Shown: in pieces, positions 33,636 to 43,407 of the stretch
Layout of the letters: each line of letters begins with the position of its first letter
How positions within the stretch are numbered: position 1 is the first letter of the stretch
IMG/VR virus record: IMGVR_UViG_3300021082_000031
Location: 1-51,562 of that record
Origin: a virus
Taxonomy: Duplodnaviria; Caudoviricetes
Length of the DNA: 51,562 nucleotides
Strand: one strand, 5' to 3'
Program-made: the position numbers and the translations under genes
Notes under the pieces: model-generated
What the model was told of the DNA's origin: nothing
What the model saw: only the letters and a program-made list of their open reading frames with translations
Database searches by the model: none

Positions 33636-34520
33636 TCAGTAGCTCTTCGGCATGAACATGCCGAACAAGGACGGGATGCTCGAGAGCATCGGGTTCTGGT
33701 ACGGGTTCAGGAGCGCGTTGTAGTCCTGCCCGCGCTGCTGGATGGCGCCCTGGTAGTCGCCCGACCGCACCCCGAGGTCCTGCCCCCGCTGCGTCAGGCC
33801 CGCCGCCAGGTTGCGGTCATCGATCTGGTCGTGCCGCGCCATCGCGTCGAGCGCCTGGTCGCGGACGACGTCGCCCAAGCCGCTCTGTGTCTGCGCGGTG
33901 ATCTCGCGGGCGTCCTTGGCTTCGAGCCCGCTGTTCGCGCGCCCGCCCGCCGTGCTGCGATCCTTGAGCGCGGCCATCGCACCGCCGCCGATCTGCCCGA
34001 TGCGTTCCTTGGCGCGGCCGAACTCGGCCTGCTCCGCGGCGGTGCGGTCGGCCATGAGGGTGGGCACCTCGCGCGGCGGCGCGGGGCCCGGCGACTCGCG
34101 GCCTATCGGCTGCTGGGGCCCGCCCATCACGCCGAACTGCTTCATCAGCGCCATGATGCGCTGCATGTTCAGGTCGACGATGTTGGTGCCTTCGCCGCCC
34201 GTCCAGTCGGTGCCGCCCCACGGATTCGCTTGCGGCGTGTAGGGGGTCGCCATCCCGGTTGGGTCGACGTCCCACGTCTTACCGGTGGGCGAGACGCCGG
34301 GGACCGGCGCGGTGCCGGGCGCCTGCCCGTAGCCGCCCGTCGGGTTCGCGCCGACGTTGGTGAATCCACCGGGATTGACCCCTCCGGTGGTCGTGCCGCC
34401 AGCCGGCGTCTGCCCAATCGGATTGGTCCGCAGTGGGGGCGCCGTCGGGGGCTGATAGGTGCCCCCCCAGCCTGACCCGGCGAAGCCTGGACGCTGGATG
34501 CCGTTGCCTGTGTAGCCCAT
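33636..34520 (-). CDS. Probable ejection protein
   Basis: Gly-rich; QRGQD repeats; GAGGTGA SD. Confidence 0.7.
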   Translation of the reverse strand: MGYTGNGIQRPGFAGSGWGGTYQPPTAPPLRTNPIGQTPAGGTTTGGVNPGGFTNVGANPTGGYGQAPGTAPVPGVSPTGKTWDVDPTGMATPYTPQANPWGGTDWTGGEGTNIVDLNMQRIMALMKQFGVMGGPQQPIGRESPGPAPPREVPTLMADRTAAEQAEFGRAKERIGQIGGGAMAALKDRSTAGGRANSGLEAKDAREITAQTQSGLGDVVRDQALDAMARHDQIDDRNLAAGLTQRGQDLGVRSGDYQGAIQQRGQDYNALLNPYQNPMLSSIPSLFGMFMPKSY

Positions 34521-34547
34521 GGATCACCTCGGAAAGCCGTGCTGAGT

Positions 34548-37034
34548 CTACGTGCTCACTGCTGTGAAGTCATCGACATAGACCGCGCCTGCGGTCCCTT
34601 GGCACTGCACGACCACCTCGAGGACGCCGTCGGCCGTGACCGCGGCGCTCTGCCCGGTGAGCGTTTCCCAGGTGTCGGCCGCCGCCGTCAGGGACGCCAA
34701 CACCACGTCCACGGCGATGCCCATTGACCCGTTGGCGAGGAGCAGGAGCCGGGGCGCCATCGCGCCGTTATAGGCCGCACTCTTGCGGACCTTGGCGGTG
34801 AACGTGATCTGCTTGCTGCTCTCGACCGCGACCCCCATCGGCTGCGAGGAGAAGAGGCGCAGCGCGGCCTCGGGCGTCATCTTCATAGCCGGGCTCGTCT
34901 CGCCGACGGTGCCCGTCTCGTAGTCGATCTGGCCGTAGCCGAAGGTCCGGTGACTGTGGGCGCCATACACGCCGTCGCGCGACTGGATCGCCAGCGTGGA
35001 GCCGGGCTCGAGGGTGGCGGTGCTGATGTCGGTCGCGCCGCCGAACGTGCAGCCACTCACCGTGACGGCATACCGCGTGTTGGTGGTGGTGAAGGCAATG
35101 TCGGTCGTCGCCGCGATGCGCGTCCCGCCGATGGGGCTGAACACGCAGCCGTGGTAGTGGTAATTGCCCGCGCCGTTCTCGGCGCCCGTGTGCTCCACGC
35201 CGACCGTCTGCGCGAAGCCCGTCTCGTTGGCGAACACGCAGTCGAGCACCCGCACGTAGGCGTCATCGCACGTCATGCCGATGGTGCTGTTGCCGTAGCA
35301 CTCGCACGCCTCGAACCCGAGGTCGAAGCTGTTGACGATGCCGACACCCGGCCCATTGTTGCGCCAGGACCAGAGGCGCGTGATGCGACACCCGATGTTG
35401 GCCGCGTTGATGAACAGGGCCCCGTTGGCGGCGGTGTTGTTGGAGAGCTCGCAGTCGGTGATCGTCAGTTCCACCGGACCATCGAGGCGGCACGAGCCAA
35501 TGCCGGTGCCCGCGAAGCCCGAGATCCGCGTCCCCGTCATGGTCAGGGTGCTCAGGTTGCCGCCGCCGGCATTGATGTAGATCCCCGTCGAGGACGCGCG
35601 GCCATCCGCGATCAACGAGCAGCGCGTCAGGGTCCAGGTGTACGAGTTCGCGCTGGCGGCGGCAATGACAGCGCCGCCCGTGGTGGTCGAGGTATCCCAC
35701 GTCACGCAATCGGTGAGGGTGACGGTGCCGGTGCTCGAGGCCGCGGGAAAGAACAGGTCGTCCTCGCAGCGGGCAAACGCGCAGAAGTCGAAGGTATGCG
35801 TGCCGCCCGTGACGAGATCGAACCCGGCCTTGCCGGCGGTGCCCGTGCCGATGTACTCAAACAGCGCCCACTCGCAATCGAGGTTCCCCGCCACGACGTT
35901 GATGTAGGCGGTCGCGGTCGTCGTGACCACCGTCATCCAGCAATTGCGCGAAATGTTGATGATGTCGGCCTGGACCTTGTCGGCCGCGCTGCCGTCCTTG
36001 GCCGTGACCAAGCCCGTCGTGAACGCGAGGCCCGTGCCGATGGCGTCGGCGTTCAGCGGGCGCTCTTCGGCGTCGGTGATGAGCCGCTTGGTGCCGCTGA
36101 TCACGATGACGTTGGTGTTCTTCCACCCCGTGCTGTCGGCGGTCGTGAGCGAGGTCGCCAGCGCCGCCGCGTTGGCCGCCAACCGGGTCCGTGTGAACCC
36201 GGTCCCCCACGGGTCGCTGCCGCCGAACGTGAAGCCCGCGTAGGTCACGATCCCGAAGTCGCCATCGGCCGCGCAGTCAAATTCCCATTTGAACGACGTG
36301 CTCGGGGTCGCCTGGAGGTTGTTCGCCGACTCGAGCCAGAAATTCACGCACCCGGAGAGGCGGAACGCCGTCGCGCTCGCGGCCCGCGTCAGCGTCCCGC
36401 CCTTGGAGACGCCGAGGCTCGCCAAGGTGGTCGACGCGCTGCCGAAGTCGGTCGTCGTGGTGGTGTCGAGCGCCACGCTGCGATCTGTTTTGGTCGCCGC
36501 CGCCGTCCACTCGCCGCCGATGAACATGGAGTCGCCGGCCGCGGGCGCCTGCGTCGTCGTCGTGCGCAGCAAGCGGGAATGGTTGCCCGGCGTGCCGTTG
36601 TTGAACAGGTTCACCTGGCTTGCCACCGAGGTGTTGGCCTGCACGGTGTAGAGGGTCGCCGCGAGCAGCGTGACGGGCGCCCCGAACTTGAACATGAACC
36701 ACCCGATGCTGCACCCGCGGTAGCCGTTGGACGGCGCCACGACGTCGTCGGGAATATCGCTGACGTTGATCGTGACCGAGGTCCCCGCGACCGCCACGCC
36801 GCCGGTCGCCAAGCGCACCGTGATCGTGCCGCTGGGGCTCAGGGCACGGCTGGCGATCTTGACGGCAACCCCGTCCACGGTGATCGCCCCGGGCGTGAAC
36901 GTCGCGCTTGTGATGAACGCCACCGTGAGGGCGGTGTTGCCCGACTGCGAGTCGACCGACCCCGTGGCATCGCAGAGCCCCCACGTCGCGGCGGTCGTCC
37001 AGTTCCCGTCAGCGCGGCAGTGCAGGAGCGCCAT
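34548..37034 (-). CDS. Tail spike/fibre with beta-helix and C-terminal carbohydrate-binding-like domain
   Basis: GNWTTAATW N-terminus; Asn/Cys-ladder repeats; AADTWETLT..VYVDDF. Confidence 0.75.
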   Translation of the reverse strand: MALLHCRADGNWTTAATWGLCDATGSVDSQSGNTALTVAFITSATFTPGAITVDGVAVKIASRALSPSGTITVRLATGGVAVAGTSVTINVSDIPDDVVAPSNGYRGCSIGWFMFKFGAPVTLLAATLYTVQANTSVASQVNLFNNGTPGNHSRLLRTTTTQAPAAGDSMFIGGEWTAAATKTDRSVALDTTTTTDFGSASTTLASLGVSKGGTLTRAASATAFRLSGCVNFWLESANNLQATPSTSFKWEFDCAADGDFGIVTYAGFTFGGSDPWGTGFTRTRLAANAAALATSLTTADSTGWKNTNVIVISGTKRLITDAEERPLNADAIGTGLAFTTGLVTAKDGSAADKVQADIINISRNCWMTVVTTTATAYINVVAGNLDCEWALFEYIGTGTAGKAGFDLVTGGTHTFDFCAFARCEDDLFFPAASSTGTVTLTDCVTWDTSTTTGGAVIAAASANSYTWTLTRCSLIADGRASSTGIYINAGGGNLSTLTMTGTRISGFAGTGIGSCRLDGPVELTITDCELSNNTAANGALFINAANIGCRITRLWSWRNNGPGVGIVNSFDLGFEACECYGNSTIGMTCDDAYVRVLDCVFANETGFAQTVGVEHTGAENGAGNYHYHGCVFSPIGGTRIAATTDIAFTTTNTRYAVTVSGCTFGGATDISTATLEPGSTLAIQSRDGVYGAHSHRTFGYGQIDYETGTVGETSPAMKMTPEAALRLFSSQPMGVAVESSKQITFTAKVRKSAAYNGAMAPRLLLLANGSMGIAVDVVLASLTAAADTWETLTGQSAAVTADGVLEVVVQCQGTAGAVYVDDFTAVST

Positions 37035-37239
37035 GCGTCACCGTGAAGGTCGTATCGTCGAAGGTCAGCGGGCCGTCGCCCTCGAGCTTGAACGCCGCGC
37101 GCAAGTCCTCGAGGTTGGCTTCACAGCGGGCCCGCAGCCCGTCGGCCTGGTGTTGCGCGCCCTTGGCGCGGCGCACCGCTTCCTCCGCGTTGCGCAAGAG
37201 GCGGTACGACTCGGCCGAGAGGCTCACGACCCGGATCAA
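37009..37239 (-). CDS. Small coiled-coil protein (fibre chaperone?)
   Basis: TTGA overlap start. Confidence 0.5.
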   Translation of the reverse strand: MIRVVSLSAESYRLLRNAEEAVRRAKGAQHQADGLRARCEANLEDLRAAFKLEGDGPLTFDDTTFTVTHGAPALPR

Positions 37240-37559
37240 ATGACGCTCCACGGCCGACCGTTCAGCCAGTAGCGCAAGCCGCCATTGGCGGCGCCGCCGC
37301 CCTCGGGGTCGGCCCACTTGATGCCCGCGTGTGTCGTCGAGTCGGCCGTGAGCACCTGGCCGTCGGTGCCGACCGGGAGCCGCTGCAACCCGTCGGCGCC
37401 GTACACCAAGAGGTCGCCCTTGGTGGTCAGGTAGTTTTCGATCTCGAACAGGCGCTTGTAGAGCACCTCGAACAACTCGTCGATGTCGTCGGCCTGCTCC
37501 CCGCGCTCGATGACGTGGAACTTGCCCTTCTGGACGCCGTTGTTGACGCCGCCGCTCAT
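37236..37559 (-). CDS. Short tail-fibre-repeat protein
   Basis: TTKGDLLVY..RLPVGTDGQVLTADS..GIKW repeat. Confidence 0.75.
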   Translation of the reverse strand: MSGGVNNGVQKGKFHVIERGEQADDIDELFEVLYKRLFEIENYLTTKGDLLVYGADGLQRLPVGTDGQVLTADSTTHAGIKWADPEGGGAANGGLRYWLNGRPWSVI

Positions 37560-39409
37560 CGCCGCCCCAGGATGTTGACGGGCTCGATCTCAAAGCCGCG
37601 CAGTTCGACGTTCTGCTCCGCTTCGTCGTTGAGGAACTCCAACTGACAGACCCGGCCCGTCCCCAGCCGGCCCAGCCGATGCCGGTCGTAGTCGATCAAG
37701 GGGCAGTCGAGGTCACTGCGGATCGGGAGGGTCGCGGTGATGGTGCCGTTGGCCGGGGTCGCCGGCACGAGCGCGCCGATGTTGAACGTGAACGCCGTGC
37801 TCGAGGTCCGCACGATCTCCCAAATGCCGTTGTACTCCACCTCGGGGGTCGCGCCCGCGATGGTGACGGCCTGGCCACTGCCGAAGTGATGGGCGCCGTT
37901 GGTGACGACGGTCACGACGGCGCCGACGCGGTCCATCGACACGACCGACACGGCGCCCTGCGGCGCGTCGAGGTCGCCGACCCTGGCCTTGATGGTCAGG
38001 GTGCCGGTGCCTTCGACCTGATGGTGGATGGTGAGTTGCCCCCAAAACTTCTCGAGGTCGGGTTCGCCCTGGTGCATCGCGTTGGTAATGGCGCGCAGCG
38101 CAATGCTCTCGGACCCGTCGGCAAAGGTGCTGCGGTTCTTCAGCCACACGCCGCCGACGCTGCTGCCCACGGTGGGCCGCTGCCGCGCCGTGCTGTCCTC
38201 ACTGATCTCGGCGCACGTCGGCGTGAACGCCTCGGTGCGGTGCGGGCCCAGCCACTCCCCGGTGACGAGGTCGAGCGACACCCAGCGATCGATCACGAGC
38301 GAGTCGGTCGAGCACAGGAACAACTCGTAGGTGTCGAGCTTCTGGTTGTAGTGCGCGAAGGACTGCTCGAGCAGGCTCAGGTTGAACACGCCGCCCTTGG
38401 CCGCCAGGGGCTCGTTGAACCACGTATGGACGCGGTCGATGCTCAGGTTGGTCAGCCGTCCGTCCCACTTGTAGACGCCGTCCTCGGCCAAGAAGTAGAC
38501 GGTGTCGCGGATGACCACAATCGAGTCGGTCGCCCAAAAGCCGACGGTACTCGGGATGTCGGTGACGCCGAAGTCGTTGATGTCGTCGCCCGTGATCTTG
38601 TGCAGGCTGCGCCGCTTGCCGGCGAGCAATTCGTTCTTGCGCGGCGCCAGGCCCGTGATGCCGCTGAAGTCGGCCCCGTCGGCGCCCGCGACGAGGTAGT
38701 AATTCTCATTCCACCCGTACTGCACGCGGTTGCCGCAAAAGTGAATCCGGTCGGGGTAGAGGTCGGGCACGGCCCACAGCCGATCCTTCCACGTCGCAAT
38801 GTGCATGAAGCGCGTCCCCTCGGTGGTCCCGTAGGCCGGGCCGAGGCTCTCTTCGACCGGGAAGATCGCCTGCGCTTCGTCGGTGACGTTGTCGGTGTAG
38901 GTGGTGGTGGCGTTGTCCCAAATGGTCGCGGTGAGGAAGTAGACGTCGCCGCCGCTCGAGGCCGTGCGGTAGATCCGCCGCGCGTTGACGCCGGGGTCGA
39001 CGCTGACTTGGATGCCGGTGAGGCTGGCCTGGTCGACCGTCGTCGTGAGCGTGTTGCTGACGGCACTCAGGTCGCTCTCACTGATGACGACGTCACCTTC
39101 CATGATCGCGAACGTGTACTTCCAGGTGTAGTCGCCCGTGAGCACGCCGGCCGCGCCCAGCGCCGCGACACAGGCCGCGTTGGGGGCCCGCGGCTGCAAC
39201 AGGCGCGTGATCACGTTGGCGTCGATCTGGATGTTGCGCGAGACGCCGTAGACGAGCACGAGGCGGCGATTGAGCACGGAGCCGCGCACCGGCAGGTAGC
39301 TCGAGACGGTGACGCCGGCCGGGACGGCGATCTCGATCTGCTCGGTCGCGTCCAGCGGGTTCAGCCGCCACAGCTTCGAGTCGACTTGGACCAGTGTGTA
39401 GGACGCCAT
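37556..39409 (-). CDS. Tail nozzle / head-closure beta-propeller protein (P22 gp10/T7 gp12-like)
   Basis: WKDRLWAV..ITGL..VYFLAEDGVYKWDG blades; FnIII-like and FCCH-like inserts. Confidence 0.75.
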   Translation of the reverse strand: MASYTLVQVDSKLWRLNPLDATEQIEIAVPAGVTVSSYLPVRGSVLNRRLVLVYGVSRNIQIDANVITRLLQPRAPNAACVAALGAAGVLTGDYTWKYTFAIMEGDVVISESDLSAVSNTLTTTVDQASLTGIQVSVDPGVNARRIYRTASSGGDVYFLTATIWDNATTTYTDNVTDEAQAIFPVEESLGPAYGTTEGTRFMHIATWKDRLWAVPDLYPDRIHFCGNRVQYGWNENYYLVAGADGADFSGITGLAPRKNELLAGKRRSLHKITGDDINDFGVTDIPSTVGFWATDSIVVIRDTVYFLAEDGVYKWDGRLTNLSIDRVHTWFNEPLAAKGGVFNLSLLEQSFAHYNQKLDTYELFLCSTDSLVIDRWVSLDLVTGEWLGPHRTEAFTPTCAEISEDSTARQRPTVGSSVGGVWLKNRSTFADGSESIALRAITNAMHQGEPDLEKFWGQLTIHHQVEGTGTLTIKARVGDLDAPQGAVSVVSMDRVGAVVTVVTNGAHHFGSGQAVTIAGATPEVEYNGIWEIVRTSSTAFTFNIGALVPATPANGTITATLPIRSDLDCPLIDYDRHRLGRLGTGRVCQLEFLNDEAEQNVELRGFEIEPVNILGRR

Positions 39410-39412
39410 CGC

Positions 39413-40138
39413 TCAGAGCGCGTAGAGGCGCACCATCCCGAAGGAGGTCAGGTCGGAGACGCCGCCCCCGCCCAGGAGGTTGAGGTTGCCGCCGCTGTCG
39501 TTGCGGACCCGCATGATGAGGTAGTCGCCCGCGACGAGGTTGATGAAGCCGACGCACGAGAACGTGGTCCCGAGGTTGCCGTCGCCCGTGGTTTTGTCGG
39601 GCGTCTCTTCCTGAATGCCGACGCGCGAGGTGGTGCCGTTCTTGTAGACGTAGGCCCCCAATCGCCCCCCGCTGGCGTTGCGGCCTTCCCACGACGCCGT
39701 GGCGATGAAGAAGTAGATGCCGTCGCCGCCCGGCGGCACGGTCAGCCGCTCGGTGTTGGTCACGGCGTCGTGCAGGTTGCCGACGTCGAAGTCCTCACTG
39801 TCGAACGTGACCGTCTCGATGGTCGCGGTCGCGGTGGCTTCACTGGCGCTTTTCCACACCTTGACGTACATGGGATCTCCTGGGACGATGGGCTCCCCGG
39901 TGTCGGGGTGGATCGGCAGCGGGGGCCGGATGCCGACGTTCATCAACGCGAGCACGCTCGCCGTCCCGACATCCTTGAACAGTTCCAACCCGAACCGCTT
40001 CTGGATGCCGCCCGCTTCCCCCAAGAGACTCTTCTGGACGTTCTGCCCGAACGTCAAGGCGCCGTCCGCGAGGTGCAGGGGCGAGACGACGACGTTGACG
40101 CCCTTGGCGCCCAGGTCGAAGCGTTTCTCCTTGCTCAC
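39413..40138 (-). CDS. Tail protein: nozzle-like N-terminal segment plus C1q-like domain
   Basis: GVN..SP..QN..GGIQKRFG; TVTFDSEDFD..RLTVP..GIYF..LVAGDYL. Confidence 0.65.
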   Translation of the reverse strand: MSKEKRFDLGAKGVNVVVSPLHLADGALTFGQNVQKSLLGEAGGIQKRFGLELFKDVGTASVLALMNVGIRPPLPIHPDTGEPIVPGDPMYVKVWKSASEATATATIETVTFDSEDFDVGNLHDAVTNTERLTVPPGGDGIYFFIATASWEGRNASGGRLGAYVYKNGTTSRVGIQEETPDKTTGDGNLGTTFSCVGFINLVAGDYLIMRVRNDSGGNLNLLGGGGVSDLTSFGMVRLYAL

Positions 40139-40836
40139 CAGCGTTCCTCGAACATCGCAATGACGACGTTGTCCTCCTGCTCGTCACGGGGGGTGATCGA
40201 GACGAGGATGACGTCGATCTCCCGCTGGAACTGCTGCATCCGGCCGGCATCGGGCGCCGCGTCCCCGCGCTCGCGGCCCAGCGCGTAGGCGGCGGTCCAA
40301 TGCACGAGCGCCTGATCGAGCTCGCCCGGCAGCGGCACGTTGTCGGTGGCGATGAGCTCGGCGCCGATGGTCGGGCGGTAGGCGAGCGCAAGCGTGATGG
40401 TGGCGCTGACGACCGGCGCGACGTAGATCGTGGGCGCGGCGACCGGCGCCCCCGCGCCCGTCACCGAGTAGTAGATGGTCCCCGGCTGGCTCGGGTTGTG
40501 GGCGAGCGTCTCGCGGCGCGCGTTCTGGAACTCGGCCCGCGTGTACTCGAGGCCGATGAAGTTGATCGGGTACGCGACCATGTCCACCGGCTCGAGTTGA
40601 AAGACGATGGCGAGGTTGGACGGCACGCTCGAGAGCGAGGTCGCGTTGGCCGCGAGGCTGACGCTGCTGTTGATGCTGAAGCTGTAGTTCTGATTGGTGA
40701 GGCTGATCTGGCGCCAGGCATCGCGGATGCCGCGGTTCATGTACCGCAGCAATTCCGCGTCCGACCAAAAGCGCGGGACCGCCTCATTGATGGCGTCCCG
40801 CGTCATGTTGAGGATCGTCTGGAGGGTGGTCGCCAT
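40135..40836 (-). CDS. Head-tail adaptor protein
   Basis: TLQTILNMTRDAINE..FWSDAELLRYMNRG..ALVHWTA. Confidence 0.75.
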   Translation of the reverse strand: MATTLQTILNMTRDAINEAVPRFWSDAELLRYMNRGIRDAWRQISLTNQNYSFSINSSVSLAANATSLSSVPSNLAIVFQLEPVDMVAYPINFIGLEYTRAEFQNARRETLAHNPSQPGTIYYSVTGAGAPVAAPTIYVAPVVSATITLALAYRPTIGAELIATDNVPLPGELDQALVHWTAAYALGRERGDAAPDAGRMQQFQREIDVILVSITPRDEQEDNVVIAMFEERW

Positions 40837-40839
40837 CGG

Positions 40840-41424
40840 TCACGAGACTTCGCAGGTGATCTGCCCGTAGTCGTAGGTGGCGTCGGTCGAGGCCGCCCAA
40901 CTGCCCGCCGTGGAGATGTTCAGCACGACGTAGGTGGTCCCTGAGCTGGCGGTGACGCGCCCGCTGCCGCGCGTGCCGTTGTCGATGTAGTAGTGCGTCC
41001 CTTCACAGATCCGCGCCCAGGTCAGCCCGCCCGTGCCGACGCGCAACTGCGCGTGCGCCACGCCCCCGACCGTGGTGGTGTTCAACTGCCAGGTCAGCGT
41101 GACGATGTTGCCGACGCGCATGGTCGCATGGGCGCCGACGTCGCCCGCGGCGAGCGTCCACGTCTGCGTGCCGCCGGCCGTGAAATTGCCGGCCGCAAAG
41201 GTGATGTCGGCGCTCGTGCCCACCGCGGCAAAGTTGGCCGCGTTGGGCAGGGTGATCACGCCGGCCGGGGTGATGCGGAAGTACGCCTTGCCATCGGACA
41301 TGAGCTCGATGGGATTGGGCGCCCCGCCCCCCAGCCGGTAGACGGCGTCCTGCGTGACGGCCACGGCCGAGAACAGGGCCCACACCGCCACGAGGACCCC
41401 CAAGACCCCCAGCGGCGACTTCAT
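40840..41424 (-). CDS. Beta-rich protein with N-terminal signal/TM segment
   Basis: MKSPLGVLGVLVAVWALFSAVAV; RVGNIVTL fibre-tip-like domain. Confidence 0.65.
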   Translation of the reverse strand: MKSPLGVLGVLVAVWALFSAVAVTQDAVYRLGGGAPNPIELMSDGKAYFRITPAGVITLPNAANFAAVGTSADITFAAGNFTAGGTQTWTLAAGDVGAHATMRVGNIVTLTWQLNTTTVGGVAHAQLRVGTGGLTWARICEGTHYYIDNGTRGSGRVTASSGTTYVVLNISTAGSWAASTDATYDYGQITCEVS

Positions 41425-41831
41425 CCGAGGTCAGCCGGCGTGATGCCCGCCGCTCCTGGCGTGAGCCGCTGGTACGCCTGGACCTGAATCAGCCCGGCTA
41501 CGCCCGCGGTGCCCGACACCTCGAGGTGCTCGCCCGCGGGCAGCGCGTAGCCTTCCTCGAGGTCGATGAGAACGTGCTGGTCGCCCGCCGCGGCACTCGC
41601 CGGCAGGACGGCCGGAATGACCGTCGTGGTCGTCTGCGCGCGGAACGTGATCGCCTGCGCGGCGCTGGTCGTGACATGCACCGCGATCCGCTGGACGTAG
41701 ATCGTGTGCTTGCTGTTGAGGCACGTAATCAACGGCGCGCGGTCGGGGTCGGTCGCGGCGGTCAGCGCGTAGGTGATCGTCTCGTCGCGGAACATGCGGC
41801 GGTATTCCGCCGCCTTCGCTGGATTCGCCAT
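41421..41831 (-). CDS. Putative virion structural protein
   Basis: AAGGAG SD; beta-sandwich composition. Confidence 0.65.
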   Translation of the reverse strand: MANPAKAAEYRRMFRDETITYALTAATDPDRAPLITCLNSKHTIYVQRIAVHVTTSAAQAITFRAQTTTTVIPAVLPASAAAGDQHVLIDLEEGYALPAGEHLEVSGTAGVAGLIQVQAYQRLTPGAAGITPADLG

Positions 41832-41843
41832 GCGCCACGCTCC

Positions 41844-42245
41844 TTACAAGGCGCCCGACTCGGCACCCATCAGCGGCCGGTAGACGAGCGTCACGCCTCC
41901 CACCATCGCATCGCCCGCGCCGGTCGTCACCCGCACCGTGACCTTGTCGCCCGCGGCAAACGTCGTCGCATTGGGCGCCAGGCTCGTCATGGTGTCGGCG
42001 GCGACGGGGTCGATGGTCGCCGGTAGGATGCTCGCGGCATTGTTGAACAGGTCCACGCGGGCACTGTCGTCGGCGTCGGTCAGCGTGGCGCAGTACACGT
42101 AGGCCGAGACGAGTTTGCCCGCGAAGGGGATGCGGTGCCCGCTCTGGATGACGGCGACGGCCGAGGCGCCGACGTCGATGGGGAGATAGACGGACTGCCA
42201 GCCCCCGGAACAGAGGGTCGGGTCGAGGTTCTGGTTATGAATCAC
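41844..42245 (-). CDS. Putative virion structural protein
   Basis: AAGGA SD; PFAGKL..FAAGDKV beta-sandwich. Confidence 0.65.
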   Translation of the reverse strand: MIHNQNLDPTLCSGGWQSVYLPIDVGASAVAVIQSGHRIPFAGKLVSAYVYCATLTDADDSARVDLFNNAASILPATIDPVAADTMTSLAPNATTFAAGDKVTVRVTTGAGDAMVGGVTLVYRPLMGAESGAL

Positions 42246-42364
42246 CGTTGCGATCCTTTCGGCGTGTGGTCCCTACCACCGGTGAGGTCGGCGGCCACGG
42301 TCTACGGGTCCGTGGCCGCCTTGTCACCTTGCCGCGCGTTTTCCAGGGCCGCGCGGCGAGCCAG

Positions 42365-42829
42365 TTACGCCGCGCCGACGATAGCCCAGCCGGTCGCGGC
42401 ATCGGCCACCAGCGTTTTGCTGGAGCCGTTGACGGTCGTGTGCGCGCCGATGGTGACGCCCGTGCCCATCAGGAGCCCGTTGGGGAACAGCAGGACGTAC
42501 TCGCGCCCGCCCCCGCCCGTGCCCAGCAGCTTGACGACGATGTCGCCGTTGGCCGCGGCGGCGGTGGCGTGGTCGGACGCCTTGACCCACGAGTCGACGG
42601 TCGACGCGGTCGGCTTGCGCATGTAGACCGCGTAGAGCTTGCACGCGACGTCGGCGATGACCTTGTCGGCCGTCTCGAGGCCCGAGAAGTAGACCCACTG
42701 GAGGTCGGGATTGCCGGCGTGGTTGATGTGGTTCCAGAACCCCTTCAACAGTTCGGCGATGTGCCGGCCGCGCAGATCCGTGAACGTGCGCTGCTTGACG
42801 AGATTGGCGTTTTCGACGGTGAGGGCCAT
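42365..42829 (-). CDS. Putative capsid decoration protein
   Basis: AAGGAG SD; KLYAVY..FPNGL..GVTI beta-sandwich; downstream of the capsid gene. Confidence 0.65.
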   Translation of the reverse strand: MALTVENANLVKQRTFTDLRGRHIAELLKGFWNHINHAGNPDLQWVYFSGLETADKVIADVACKLYAVYMRKPTASTVDSWVKASDHATAAAANGDIVVKLLGTGGGGREYVLLFPNGLLMGTGVTIGAHTTVNGSSKTLVADAATGWAIVGAA

Positions 42830-42885
42830 GCGGATTCTCCTTCAGGGCGGCGGCACGGGCCACGGCTCCTGATTCGTGCGTGGGA

Positions 42886-43407
42886 CTACCTGCTGGCGGC
42901 GACGGGCGCCAGGCGGCGTGTGGGCGCCGCCCCCTTGCGTTCATTCATGTGGATGCGCGATCCGCGCAGCCGATCGATCACCCGGTAGCCGTGCCCCGCG
43001 ATCTGACTGGCGCCATCGGCGATCTCGCGGTCGAGGCGCCGTGCGGCGTCGGCTTCCCGGTCGTCGAGGTGTCGCGCCACCGCGTCGGGGTCCTTGAACT
43101 GCCACTGGTCGAACTGTGGGATCTCCTGAAGCACGCGCTCCCAACTCATGTCGAGCGAGGTCGGCAGGACCGACTTCCACGGCGCCAGGCCATACGCGAC
43201 AAGGATCGCGGTATCGGGGAAGCTCTGGATCACTTTCCAGATGTCGCGCGTGTGGGTCGTGCGCCGCGCCAGGCGGTAGCAGGGCTCGTGGGTGGACGGG
43301 AAGATGACGAGGTCGGCGTCGAGCGCGTGTAGCCCGGTCAGGAAGCTCGCGGGGGGCTCCTGCAAGTTGAACGGGTTGGCCGTGCGCACGTAGTTGCGCC
43401 GTGTCAC
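42886..43407 (-). CDS. Hypothetical protein
   Basis: GTGA overlap start. Confidence 0.6.
   Translation of the reverse strand: MTRRNYVRTANPFNLQEPPASFLTGLHALDADLVIFPSTHEPCYRLARRTTHTRDIWKVIQSFPDTAILVAYGLAPWKSVLPTSLDMSWERVLQEIPQFDQWQFKDPDAVARHLDDREADAARRLDREIADGASQIAGHGYRVIDRLRGSRIHMNERKGAAPTRRLAPVAASR

Noticed and set aside
16250-41424. Genome-wide stop-codon reassignment suggested by in-frame stop-NNN-start junctions
   Set aside because: Core genes are full length in code 11, all three stops are used, and the spacing is largely explained by SD/stop overlap
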